A DNA stretch of 63,425 bases, the filler included, from Octopus bimaculoides (taxonomy: Eukaryota): the NCBI RefSeq assembly GCF_001194135.2. It is 6 parts of 6 records of this genome, joined end to end, with 100 filler letters (N's around TTAATTAATTAA, not from the genome) between each part and the next. Parts side by side here need not be neighbours in the genome. Positions count along the whole stretch, not along the records: positions 1 to 9,523 come from NC_068992.1; positions 9,624 to 31,472 come from NC_068997.1; 4 more parts are not named here. The stretch is one strand, 5' to 3'. This document shows positions 1 to 11,780 of the stretch, piece after piece. The stretch's first letter is position 1; each line of letters begins with the position of its first letter. The notes beneath the pieces are model-generated. The model saw nothing but the letters and a program-made list of their open reading frames with translations, was not told where the DNA came from and made no database searches. The translations under genes were made by a program, and so were the position numbers.

Positions 1-745
1 ATTTTCCCTGATTATCTATGTCTTCCTTCTATCTCTATACAAGATTTTTGTAAAACACTTTTGGTTTCAAAGCGAAGAACTCTGAAATGTCAGTTTTGAT
101 CTCCTCCTGGCTCGCGAAAGTTATCTCCCCTAAATGATTATGTAAACTATGAAAGGAGTCGGAAGGAACAAGGTCGAGAAAATAAGGTGTATGAGGAAAG
201 TTTTCCCAACCAAGCTCTTCGATCTTCTGTGATGTGATCTTTGCAGTGTAGGGTCACGCATTGTTCTGATGAAACATCACTACTTTTCGATTATCTAAAG
301 AGGGTCTTTTTTTTCCAAAGCTTGGTTCAAACGCACTAATTACTGACAGTAAACGTGAGCATTGATTGTTGCATTGATTGTTGATTGTTGCATTACCCAA
401 GTTTAGGAAACTTTCCAAGTTGTTGAAGATGACGATGAACAGTTGTATGGTTTAAACTAAGCTTTATTACCAATTCTTCAACTGAAAATAAAGGATTTTC
501 TACAAGTAATGCCTCAAGGACCTTATCATCAAACTCAGCTGGACGTCCTGTTCAATCGTCATCTTCAAAATTGAAATCTCCACCTCTGAATTTTTCAAAC
601 CACCTTCTGCAAGTTCTTTCATTGTGGCCGAGTATTATCCTGATGAAAGAATACCCCTTGTCTGGGTACTAAAGATGGTCGTTTTTCTTCTCGCACTGAC
701 ATTTCTTCTCGCGCTTAAGATGCTCGCAGTAGTTCTCCATTGTTA
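1..745 (-). mobile_element. Degenerate, internally deleted mariner (DD34D-type) transposase fossil
   Basis: Minus-strand translation gives RTCRRWFEKFRGGDFNFEDD, GRPAEFDDKVLEALLVENPLFSVEELVIKLSLNHTTVHRHLQQLGK and FHQNNA*PYTAKITSQKIEELGWENFPHTPYFLDLVPSD. These are mariner HTH and YSPDLAP-like motifs, with stops and frameshifts. Confidence 0.9.
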
Positions 746-1178
746 TCGTTTCGTTTGTATTTAAAAGTTCCAAATAGCAGGTAAGTGGCATGAACTCCAC
801 CTAAAGGCTCTAGTTTTAAGTAGTTTTTACTGGATTTTATGGGGCGTCTCCATAAAAACTTGAACACAATTTTAAAGCAATGTGGAATACAGTATCATAA
901 GAGAGTAGATAACACAAAAATTGAGAAAATTGCCATATGTTAGGATCTAGCCAATAGTTCTTGTAGTAAGTGGTGAGATTGGTAAAACATCCAGACTACC
1001 ATCTGAGAGGCTAAAGAATATTGAGATTTAGACACGCATTGTTGAGTTGTAGGAAAAAATTATAGTTGTCAAATAGAAAAAAAATATTGTGAATAAACAT
1101 CAAGACAATATACCTGCTAAGTAAATTTCCATATGATAGTTTATTAACAACAGCAACAACAACAACAACAACCTCAAC

Positions 1179-1225
<47 letters not shown>

Positions 1226-1235
1226 AGAAGGAGGA

Positions 1236-1266
<31 letters not shown>

Positions 1267-2005
1267 GAGAAGAAGAANNNNNNNNNNNNNNNNNNNNNNN
1301 NNNNNNNNNNNNNNNNNNNNNNNNNNNNNNNNNNNNNNNNNNNNNNNNNNNNNNNNNNNNNNNNNNNNNNNNNNNNNNNNNNNNNNNNNNNNNNNNNNNN
1401 NNNNNNNNNNNNNNNNNNNNNNNNNNNNNNNNNNNNNNNNNNNNNNNNNNNNNNNNNNNNNNNNNNNNNNNNNNNNNNNNNNNNNNNNNNNNNNNNNNNN
1501 NNNNNNNNNNNNNNNNNNNNNNNNNNNNNNNNNNNNNNNNNNNNNNNNNNNNNNNNNNNNNNNNNNNNNNNNNNNNNNNNNNNNNNNNNNNNNNNNNNNN
1601 NNNNNNNNNNNNNNNNNNNNNNNNNNNNNNNNNNNNNNNNNNNNNNNNNNNNNNNNNNNNNNNNNNNNNNNNNNNNNNNNNNNNNNNNNNNNNNNNNNNN
1701 NNNNNNNNNNNNNNNNNNNNNNNNNNNNNNNNNNNNNNNNNNNNNNNNNNNNNNNNNNNNNNNNNNNNNNNNNNNNNNNNNNNNNNNNNNNNNNNNNNNN
1801 NNNNNNNNNNNNNNNNNNNNNNNNNNNNNNNNNNNNNNNNNNNNNNNNNNNNNNNNNNNNNNNNNNNNNNNNNNNNNNNNNNNNNNNNNNNNNNNNNNNN
1901 NNNNNNNNNNNNNNNNNNNNNNNNNNNNNNNNNNNNNNNNNNNNNNNNNNNNNNNNNNNNNNNNNNNNNNNNNNNNNNNNNNNNNNNNNNNNNNNNNNNN
2001 NNNNN

Positions 2006-2038
<33 letters not shown>

Positions 2039-2256
2039 TACAACATCAATGCAAATGGAGTTTCAGTCAAATCTATTTACAGTTCTATCCATAATATAAC
2101 AAAATTTTAAGAGACAGCTTTTTGTAGAATACATGAATTATTGATGATATCATCTGAGAAAAGATTTCTGTTATTGAAAGTAATACAAATTCATTTCGGA
2201 AGAAAATAGTACCCACAACTCAAATTCCTCGCATTTTATCAAACCTTTGCTTATCT

Positions 2257-2328
2257 TTACATCAGTCTGCAACTCGGTACTTGTGTGTAATTATTGGAAC
2301 TGCATCTACCGCTGCGGAACACATGCCC
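2257..2328 (-). CDS. Putative terminal coding exon of an unidentified minus-strand gene (GHVFRSGRCSSNNYTQVPSCRLM*)
   Basis: Acceptor atctatag|GGG in phase 0 matches the phase-0 end of the 2512-2603 exon. The frame is open to TAA at 2259-2257. Confidence 0.4.
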   Translation of the reverse strand, partial: GHVFRSGRCSSNNYTQVPSCRLM

Positions 2329-2511
2329 CTATAGATCCAGTGATTGAAATGATAGGAATAATTATGTGTTTTAACGGTCAAATTCCGTAACGCGTGGAAA
2401 CTGCTAGTAACGATGCTAATTAAATCAAACTTTATTCGTGATCGGGTTAGAAGATAAAATATCTAGAGATTCTGATGTTGAGACTTTAATGATGTCATCC
2501 TGGATACTCAC

Positions 2512-2603
2512 ATTTTGAAACACTTCTTCTCGAACCAAATTTTCATTTACCAGTTCCCATAACTCGGAAAACATAACTTTCCCTCCCAATTCGAAATTAT
2601 TTT
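2512..2603 (-). CDS. Putative internal exon of an unidentified gene ((E)NNFELGGKVMFSELWELVNENLVREEVFQN)
   Basis: Acceptor cgtttttcag|AA and donor AAT|gtgagt are strong. The 92-nt exon has an open, protein-like frame, phase 1 to 0. Confidence 0.6.
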
Positions 2604-3034
2604 CTGAAAAACGTTTTATAAATTAAACTCAGGAATATATTCAAGCAGGTTAATGGAGATCCTCACACAGGACGTATAAATAAATGCGCACTCACACGTA
2701 CATGAATGTAGAATACGGTGTCGTATTACACTAGGTTTATTCTCGGGAAACTACTCAGAATTCTTAGGGAGATTTGAAATCTGCTGTCTGTTGATTAATA
2801 ATTTTACCAAGTAGTTCGGTATGGAAAAAAAAAATTATCGTTAAAAACTTATACAAAAAGATTTTTGTTTATAATTATAAACATAATTAAGGGATCGGCA
2901 AAAGTTGCTTCACCATATACCGAAATTTAGAAATAGCAGTTATAATACTAATTCTTCTACTTCAATATGTCTCCACAGATAGCATTACTCGTAATTCACA
3001 TAAGCAAAAAAGAAGAAAATATAACGAAACCAAC

Positions 3035-3291
3035 CAGCCTTAGTTCCAAAATAAGCAGCTGAGTAAATGAGTTGATCAATCACATCGAGGGCATTTTCTT
3101 TACTATTCTCAAGGAGCTTTCCAAGCGGTTGATCAACTTGTTTGATTACTTTTCTATTCTTATTAGTATTAATAATGTTCGGAAGTGGGACTCTTTCGCG
3201 GAAATGTGATGTAGTATTATTAGATATTGTTCTAGTATCCCGTCTCACAGTTCATTATTGACATGATCATCCATAGTGTTTTTAGTATCAA
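3035..3291 (-). CDS. Putative internal exon of the same unidentified gene, with an apparent 1-nt deletion near 3250
   Basis: Acceptor tctttcatatacag|TT and donor GCTG|gttggt (phase 1, fits the next exon). It reads DTKNTMDDHVNNEL, then after a frame switch VRRDTRTISNN...DQPLGKLLENSKENALDVIDQLIYSAAYFGTKA. At 257 nt it is 1 nt short of a symmetric phase 1-1 exon. Confidence 0.45.
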
Positions 3292-3311
3292 CTGTATATG
3301 AAAGAGTGTGT

Positions 3312-3365
<54 letters not shown>

Positions 3366-3566
3366 TTTGTGCGTATGTGTATCTGGTTAAGCAGCTTCAA
3401 ATCTGCGGTGTGTTATTATTTGGAGATTTTGCTTTAAATATATCATTAAGAAAGTTTACTCTTGACATAGAAAATACTTTCAAGGATTTGTAATCTTTAC
3501 TTCTATTACAGCAATCTTGTAGCAGATTAGTAACTCGTAAGTTTACCAAGCTGAAGCAATATTTAC

Positions 3567-3706
3567 CGCTCCAGCCTTGGATAACTGTATATTGTTTACA
3601 GGAATGATTTTCATGAATTGATGTAATGCAAATCATAATTGCATCGCCAAATTTAAAACTAGGTAAGATATAGCAACACTTTGGTTTTATGTATCCTGCC
3701 AATAGT
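3567..3706 (-). CDS. Putative exon of the same unidentified gene (LLAGYIKPKCCYILPSFKFGDAIMICITSIHENHSCKQYTVIQGWS)
   Basis: Acceptor tttcgtttatag|A and donor GCG|gtaaat (phase 1). Only one frame is open, and it coincides with ORF 3397-3702. Confidence 0.4.
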
Positions 3707-3797
3707 CTATAAACGAAACTGAAATTTCATGCAATATTTTGCAGAGGATAATTTCAGATTTGTTACAAGTTGTGATTGATATTCATTTATAATTATA

Positions 3798-4186
3798 GGC
3801 GCAAGCGTGGCTAGGTGGTAAGAAGCTTACTTTTCAACCACATAGTGCCGGGTTCAGTCCCACTGCATGGAACCTTGGGTAAATCTGTTATACTATAGCG
3901 TCGGGATGACCAAAGTCTTGTGAGTTGGTTTATTAGATGGAAACTGAACGAAGCCCGCAGTTATATATGCGTTTGTGTGAATGCGTGTGTGTCTTTGCTA
4001 TCGGTTGACCACCGATGTTGGTGTGTTTACGTCTCCGTAATTTAGAGTTTCAACAAAAGAGACCGATATGATAAGTGCTAGGCTAACATAGAATAAGTCC
4101 TGAGGTCGATTTCTTCGACTAAAAGTGATGCCCCAGCACGGCTGCAGTCGTATGAAGGAAACAACTAAAATTATAATAGAATAAAA
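3798..4186 (+). mobile_element. tRNA-derived SINE, family A (head gtggctgtgtggtaag...ggttcagtccc; tail ...gactgaaacaagtaaaag), full length
   Basis: A/B-box-like head, shared body, internal TG microsatellite and conserved tail. More than 10 related copies occur in the window. Confidence 0.85.
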
Positions 4187-4593
4187 ATGTCCGAATATAT
4201 ATTTATTTTTATAAGACTGTCGGTTGCTTATTAATCCACCAAGCATACAATACTACTGATTTTTTTTTTATCATTCATATATATCTACGTACATACGTAT
4301 GTAACTCTATATAAAGATGCGTGTGTATCTGTGTGAACGTTAGGCTGTGAGATTACAAATTACAGTAGTTACAAAATGAAAAATATTCAGTTCGTCACAA
4401 CTCTCGGTGAAATCTTTACTCGCAAAGTAGCGCCACGCTAAATTCAATGGAAAAATACCATAGAACAGTATCAAATATAACTCGATTGATTTGAGATTTT
4501 ACTGCTCTAAAGCAACAGTGAAGATTCTATGCGAAAACACAAAATTAAATCTTCATGTAAAGATTACATTAGAATAAAGCAGGATTTTCTGGA

Positions 4594-5100
4594 TAAATTA
4601 AGTACCAGTTACGCACTGTGGTCGATGTAATCGAATTAATCCCTTTGTCTGTCCTTGTTTGTCCCCTCTATGTTTAGCCCCTTGTGGGCAGTAAAGAAAT
4701 AAGAAACGTTAACACGCCGAGCGAAATTCCTTGCGGTAATTGGTTTGTCTTTAGTTCTGTCCGAGGTTGACATTGTCTTTCATCCTTTCGGGTTCGATAT
4801 ATTAAGTACCAGATCGGTACTGGGATCGATCTAATGGACTGGCCCCTTCCCCAAAATTCCGGGCCTTGTAGAAAAAATTACTTAAGGCGGGGAGCTGGCA
4901 GAAACGATAGCACACCGGGCGAAATGCCTAGCGGTTTTTCGTCTGTCTTTAAGTCCTGACTTCCAATTCTGCTGAGGTCGACTTTGCTTTTTGTCCTTTC
5001 GGGGTTTATAAATTAAGTACCAGTTGCGTACTGGAGTCAATCTAATCGACTGGCACCTCCCCCAAAATGTTGGGCCTTGTGCCTAGAGTAGAAGAGAATA
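4594..5100 (+). mobile_element. Three tandem copies (first one partial) of SINE family B (ggcggcgagctggcagaaacgttagc...gagttcaaattc...ttaagtaccag)
   Basis: The core ttaagtaccag occurs at about 4598, 4802 and 5013. It matches copies at 13.6-13.9, 16.9, 41.6-42.0, 45.2, 46.1 and 57.7 kb. Confidence 0.85.
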
Positions 5101-5223
5101 TTTAGCAAATCACAGTTTCTGAACTGTTAGAAAAAACTTATCGGATTTTGAAACGTCGAAATATGAACATAGCACGTAACCTTTATGTTGTCTTATATAG
5201 TGTTTCCATAATTTGTGAATACA

Positions 5224-5306
5224 TTATTGCGTTACCTAATTTATTGCATTACCTAATTATTGCGTTACCTAATTTATTGCATTACCTAATTATTGCGTTA
5301 CCTAAT
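5224..5306. repeat. Minisatellite with alternating 17/16-bp units (33-bp higher-order unit x2.5)
   Basis: ttattgcgttacctaat and ttattgcattacctaa alternate over five units. Confidence 0.9.
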
Positions 5307-7903
5307 TTATAATTTGTATTCAAACTAAGGACGTTACTAATATTTAAGTAATGCTTCATATACAGTCGTATGTTTGTGTTCCCAATTTTAGGGTTATTTC
5401 CCTGATTCTTGAGNNNNNNNNNNGGATTCACAATCATTTTGTTCTCTACAATCACGATTACATTATTTTATACTGGATTTAACTTGTATGCTAGTCTCCG
5501 TGGCTTGAAATTATTTGAATGGACTTTTAATGCCTCATACATTTCAACTCACATTTGTTGTTCTATTAATGTGTTTCCAGTTTTCTCATTCAATGTCTGG
5601 TTTTAGAACATGATTTTTTTCCAGCATTTGTAAATCTTTTAACAGAAATATGTGACTGAATTTATGTAACAAAAGATTCAAGATATCAGTACAAAATAAG
5701 TGATTTACTTTACGCACTGTACTCATAGAAAGTGAAGTAAGACATTAAATCATCTCTCAAAACATAGTTTTTAATTTCTCCTTTATGTAAATTATGGACA
5801 TACCGTTCCAAAATCTCGTAATCATTATAATGCAGGTATAACTCCGAGTGTTTGTGCACTAATGGTCTGAAACGTATTATTCACATTAATTTCGACTAGT
5901 GTACATGTACCTGAATTTCATTTAATTATTTGAGAGAATTTTTAATGACTTTAATTTAGACGAAGGTGACAAACCCAGGTTTGGAAAAGTCATTAATCCA
6001 GAAAGGTTCTGGAACCAAAAGTTCCAGAAAACAGGTGTTACACCTACATCAGAAAATATATATGACGGGGAACATATCATAGATCTTCGTTTCTATATTT
6101 TACCCTGTTTCATTAACATTCAAAAGCAAAACCAGATTTACATAAATATTTTCGTTTGCTTAATTGCATGTTTGCCTATGACGCTTTATCGTTATGAATT
6201 AATCCGCTCTTAGATAGATTTCATAGATACTTCGTTCCAAAATTCTGAGACCTTATTGATTCAGTTACATTCTTTTTCTCCTGTTGATGCTGGTGTATAA
6301 TAAAATCTACATATTAATATAGTGGTTTTCAGAATTTTGTTTCTTGATCTAATAACTGCGCATCTATTTGTTGTATAAGTCGTTTTTATTTTTCTAATTT
6401 GTAATCAACTGATGGTTTGCAATTCTTAGTATTTAGGTATACACATTATCTATTTTCTTATGTAGTTAAGTAGACACATTATCTATATTCTTATGCAGCG
6501 AAGTTTTCTTTCTGTATTCCCCAAGCATTACATCTTGTATAAATTATTTACTTGGCTTTTTCATGTAGAATTCTAAGCAGCACAGCACAATATGTGTTTT
6601 TAGTTATTCCACAATTTGTTGTAAATTTAATAATGGATTTTTATTTCTATCATCCATATTCTATACCTTCAATATTCTGTTCCTTATCTTTGTATTATTG
6701 ATTACATTCAGAAGATCTTTATATTTATGTTCATTCAATTGTCCCCCTAGTTATACTTTGTATAATGACAACCCTTAATTCATTCCTTTTAAATATCGTT
6801 TTGTTCTGTTTAGGAGATTTCTTATTGCATCAAATGTGTTATATACAGAGTTACATTTTTTCTTGTCATTAATGTCATATTGCTATAGTTGCGCTATTAT
6901 ATTTTCCAATATTCTTTATCTAGTTTCATTTTTTAAAATAAATTTTAGTTCATCCTACTTTAAACATTAAATTGTGTTTCCCATTTCAGTTAGATACGCA
7001 GAACCAGTTGTAGATCTTATATCATTAGTCTTTACCAGGGTTGATATTTTTTCATGCAAATATAATTGGCTTCTTCTTTTTTTATGGTTGCATGGTGTGG
7101 TTCAGATACCCGATCCTAATACTTGAAAATTTTGGGACGATATTCTCTATCACAGTTTTTATTTCAACAATACGTATTAAGTGATATTTTACCAGAGTCA
7201 ACGTACAATGTGAATGTATGTATATTTATGTTTGCAAGAATGTGCGTGCATTTCTGTTGCTATCACTTTGGAATGGAAGGAGCACGCACAGCAGTATTCA
7301 CAAACAGTTATGTCCCTTTTTAGACATATGTCAAACTGGTTTATTAACATCTTTCCAAGAACAGCGATATAAGTAGCAAGCAATGTATAGTACAATATGC
7401 ACTTGATATCGATACATTTTTAAATGCATTGTTAACAAATGCTAATAAAATGAACATGATTATTTAAAGAACTCTGTGTATATAGTTAGGAAATATCCTT
7501 TACATCTCTTCGTTGATGGGTACACTTATCGAATGTGTAAAGGAGGGTTTATATCAAGGAATGCTATATTTGCTACACCGTGTTTAATATACTTGTGGTA
7601 TTTTACTCACATTTCAAACACCATCACGTGATGTTTACTTTCTGGTGGAAAGAGTTCTACATTTCTAACGGCTAAGTAAGAGTGCCACTGGAGACAAATG
7701 TAGCAAACATCTTTCTGACCTATTGGTATAAAATACTACAGATTCAATAATGAGGTAGAATATTTCAGTGTTCTTGAGTCCATCAACTCTAATTTCCAGT
7801 TGTATTAGGGTAGCGTGATTTATAAATGAACATTTTATTTCATTTCCTTAAGGCATCTAATGTGTGAATTAAAGGCCAAGCATTGAAAGTCACTCCGATC
7901 CCT

Positions 7904-8031
7904 AGACGTGGCTGTGTGGTAAGTAGCTTGCATCACATCCTCATGGTCTCCGATTCAGTCCCATTGCGTGCCACCGTGGGCAAAGAGCCTTGTGAGTGGA
8001 CTTGATACATCGGAACAGAAAGAAGTCTGTC

Positions 8032-8066
<35 letters not shown>

Positions 8067-8260
8067 TGTGTGTGTGTCTTTCTGTCTGTGCTTGTCTCCC
8101 AGTAGCGCTTGACAGCCGCTGTTTGGTATGTTTACGTCGTCGCTGCAACGTAGTGTTTCGGCAAAAGTGCTGTGTTGATTCATTCGACTAAATGTTCTTC
8201 AAGGCGGTGCCCCACTATGGGCGCATTCTAATGACCTGAAACAAGTAAAAGATAAAAGAA
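7904..8260 (+). mobile_element. SINE family A, full length
   Basis: Same head, body and tail as 3798-4186, with an internal (TA)n tract. Confidence 0.85.
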
Positions 8261-9623
8261 AAATATGTGTATAAAAGATAAATGGTGTATTTACTTACGA
8301 ATCAGGTAACAAGTATAATGGAGTCCAGCCATCTCGTGCCACTATCACCAAAATAATTTAAAAAATAAAAGCTTCACTTATATGAGAACAATCAATTCGT
8401 TCTAGTATGACCTTCGTAACTGATATAATTATACATGCACTTCTAACGAAACGTTGAAGAAAATTCCATTAACGATTGATTCATTTCTAAATGAGAAAAG
8501 TAAATAAATACTACATTTGACTATACGAATAGAAAACGTTCTGTTTAAATGTTTTATCCAAAGAATTCTTTAAGACTAGAGGAATAAGATCCACTGTGGT
8601 AGTAAGAGAAAATTGAAGAGAAGTATAGCTTATTCTGCTATGTTCCACAGATCCCATGAATATTCCTACTGCATTTTAATTAAATATATGAAACCTCTGG
8701 CGTTTCGAAAAGAATATTGTATTTTAGAAGAATGTTTATATAGTAGACAATCAAACGGATGCAAGAATGATGTCATCTGAATTACAAATAAGTTAGTTGT
8801 CCCTAAGCTATATACTGAATTTTCTTTGAAGATGGCTATCTTACAAATCTTTAAACAATTAAGACATTTCCATGGCTACTAAAGCAGAATAACATGTCAG
8901 AGCATCAACGTCATTGATTTTGGCTGTTAAGCATAGTTATCCATAATATCAATAGTATATAAACTCCGTCGGATTACTCATCAACGAAACATGGTGAACA
9001 ATATTCTTACGTTGGCCATTTACCTTCTTTGCAACCAATTCTACTCCCCATAGCTAATTCAATTTTGGGCCAAATTACATGCAGTTCATTGAAAAGTATT
9101 TGTGTTCCGCAACATTTATACATATTATTTGGTCAAGTATAATCTATGATATGATATATATTGACGAAATGGTAGAACATGCTCATTCTAAACATAATAG
9201 TTTCTTATTTCCTTAACATTTTTATTTGAATTATATTTAAATAAATAAGAATGATACACCTCGTCAAAATCTATGTGGTCTGCATATTTCGACAAAATTG
9301 ATACAGCAGAAACACGAAAAATTCACTTCACATCATTAGATCCCAATAAAAGAAATCTATTTATACAAACGAAATTAGAATTAGCACAGTTGGGATGATC
9401 ACTAAATAATTGTGCTTATTTGAAACATTTGTAAAATAACCTTCAGTATGACGTTCGAACAAAAGAGAGTAGAATAGCAATGAGCCCATATTCTAACATG
9501 TTTCGACCCTCCTCCAGTTTAGTNNNNNNNNNNNNNNNNNNNNNNNNNNNNNNNNNNNNNNNNNNNNTTAATTAATTAANNNNNNNNNNNNNNNNNNNNN
9601 NNNNNNNNNNNNNNNNNNNNNNN

Positions 9624-9662
<39 letters not shown>

Positions 9663-9679
9663 CATATGTAGAGACGACC

Positions 9680-10330
9680 TTCTGAGTAAAGGTATTTATA
9701 ATTAGTTCAATAGCATTGCAAGATGATAGAGGTTTCAATCTCCACTCTGGTCTGACTTGAATCCACTACCAGATCTTGCAGGATGTCCTATCACTGCTTA
9801 TTTATCTGTGTCTTTACTTACATTGGGTGCCCTGTTAATTTCTGTGGAAAATAAGATAATTAAATCTACCACAGCATCAAATCAATAATAAAAATAGATT
9901 TAAATATCCCATTTTTAAGTTGTATTTCAGGTGTTGGTTTGATGGCTTAATAGGTAAAGGTGTTAGTAGTTTAACTAATAACCTTGTATGAAGGTAGAGG
10001 TTTCAATCTCTATCTAGAAATATAGTTTTTAATATTTTTGTATAAAAAATTAAAAAGACTCTAACCTTCTTCCCTATCCTGACCAGGCTTGAACCGTGGA
10101 CAGGACAGTTCAGAATTTCCCCCTCACCCAGTTTGTCTTCTCTCACCTTTACCTACTAGTCTACCAGGTACTCCCAATAATTGCTGTCAAAAATGAGATA
10201 CTTAAATCTAAAATAGTGTCCAATCAATAATAAAAATAGATTTAAATATCTCTAAGTTTTAACATTGAAATTGTTGGTAAAAGTCACTTTGTCTGTTAAA
10301 TGGTGGTTTAGGTTTCAATTCCTACCCAGT
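9680..10330. repeat. Tandem array of degenerate tRNA-like cassettes in alternating orientation, with palindromic spacers (about 342-bp period)
   Basis: An identical 29-mer aatcaataataaaaatagatttaaatatc occurs at 9880-9908 and 10222-10250, each inside a 14-bp inverted repeat. GGTAAAG D-loop-like and GGTTTCAAT/GGTTCAAGC B-box-like motifs occur on both strands. Confidence 0.55.
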
Positions 10331-10756
10331 TTAAAATTATNNNNNNNNNNNNNNNNNNNNNNNNNNNNNNNNNNNNNNNNNNNNNNNNNNNNNNNNNNNN
10401 NNNNNNNNNNNNNNNNNNNNNNNNNNNNNNNNNNNNNNNNNNNNNNNNNNNNNNNNNNNNNNNNNNNNNNNNNNNNNNNNNNNNNNNNNNNNNNNNNNNN
10501 NNNNNNNNNNNNNNNNNNNNNNNNNNNNNNNNNNNNNNNNNNNNNNNNNNNNNNNNNNNNNNNNNNNNNNNNNNNNNNNNNNNNNNNNNNNNNNNNNNNN
10601 NNNNNNNNNNNNNNNNNNNNNNNNNNNNNNNNNNNNNNNNNNNNNNNNNNNNNNNNNNNGGATTCAATATCAACCAGGGCCTGCACAGGGGTCTTACAAA
10701 AATTTTTTACTTTTTTTTTTTATCTCTAGGGATAAAAAATGAAAATGTTAAATAAA

Positions 10757-11004
10757 ATGCATCATTTTGAGCGTGGCCATTGCCAGTACCGCTTGACTGG
10801 CCTTCGTGCGGGTGACACGTAAAAGCACCCACTACACTCTCTGACTGGTTGGCGTTAGGAAGGGCATCCAACTGTAAAAGCTCTGCCAAATCAGATTGGA
10901 GCCTGGTGTAGCCATCTGGTTTCACCAGTCCTCAGTCAAATCGTCCAACCCATGCTAGCATGGAAAGCGGACGTTAAACGATGATGATGATGATGATGAT
11001 GATG
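10757..11004 (+). mobile_element. RTE-clade LINE 3' end with (GAT)n tail
   Basis: ...ggttggcgttaggaagggcatcca...ccaacccatgctagcatggaaagcggacgttaaacgatgatg. The same sequence follows the RTE ORF2 C-terminus at 20463-21215. Confidence 0.85.
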
Positions 11005-11701
11005 AATTCTGTATTCAATTGCCACACAAACTCCAAACTGTGTATGTGTTGTCTTTAAAACCAATAGATATACGTACAACGATGTATATTTGCCCGCATA
11101 TTAAAGCTGAAATATTTAGGAAACACAGAGAATAAGCTATTCCCATTAAAAAATAATAGCTGAGTCATTGTTCATATATTTTATGCAACGACTTCCGAAT
11201 TAGATAACACACGATTCAAGGGAAGAAACTCTTCCCTAAAAATTTAGAAAATCTCAAGTATTCTCCCTTGGATTTGTCTTGAGCCAAGGTCTATTTTTTT
11301 AAATATATTTTAAAAGATATTTATGAAATCCAAAAAGAGTTTTCTAATGAACTATAATATAAGGTTGAGTTGGTTATATAGTGCCAGTTGACCAACGACG
11401 AGTATAGAGTCACAAAGAAGCAAAATAGGCAAAGGAGGAAGAGATGACCGCATTCAAACCACTAAGGCAAAAGAATTATCGTTGGAAAACGGTAGTCAAA
11501 GCGATCGGAATGATGGAAATGCAATTGAAGTAATGAAAAATCAGGAGACATGGTTTCAAGTCAAGTGTGAAGCAGTGCGATAATAATACATACACAAATA
11601 ATTATTTAAATAATTTATAAGTGAAGTCATTCACGAAATTGTCTTATTAATGATTAATCACACACACACACACACGCACACATGCACACACACACACTCA
11701 C

Positions 11702-11750
11702 ACAGGTGGGCAGCGTTAATCGAAAAGTTAACTTCGTTAATCCGTTAACT
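11702..11750 (+). mobile_element. Terminal fragment of the hAT-type MITE seen complete at 25323-25699
   Basis: caggtgggcagcgttaatcgaaaagttaacttcgtt is nearly the reverse complement of the right end at 25662-25699. Confidence 0.7.
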
Positions 11751-11780
11751 TTTTATTGAAAATGGCATAACTACAGTTTA

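Noticed and set aside
1222-2094. Long ORFs spanning N gaps or TA/CA microsatellites (also 10265-10729, 15683-15948, 16608-16926, 23271-23727, 37108-37950, 42600-44691, 52251-52749, 54505-55689)
   Set aside because: They are open only because of Ns or dinucleotide repeats (HT/CV/YI runs); no domain signal.
3602-3662. Plus-strand exon-like segment with good acceptor and donor
   Set aside because: It has stops in all three frames and overlaps the better-supported minus-strand exon.
9568-9579. ttaattaattaa islands inside N runs (also at ~31517, ~36344, ~44680, ~61363)
   Set aside because: The same 12-mer is centred in gaps of stereotyped size. It is an assembly or scaffolding marker, not biology.
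10707-10925. Recurrent ORF MKPDG.TRLQS.LAE.LQLDALPNAN (also 18091-18543, 29153-29410)
   Set aside because: It is an antisense reading of the RTE 3' UTR repeat, not a gene family.
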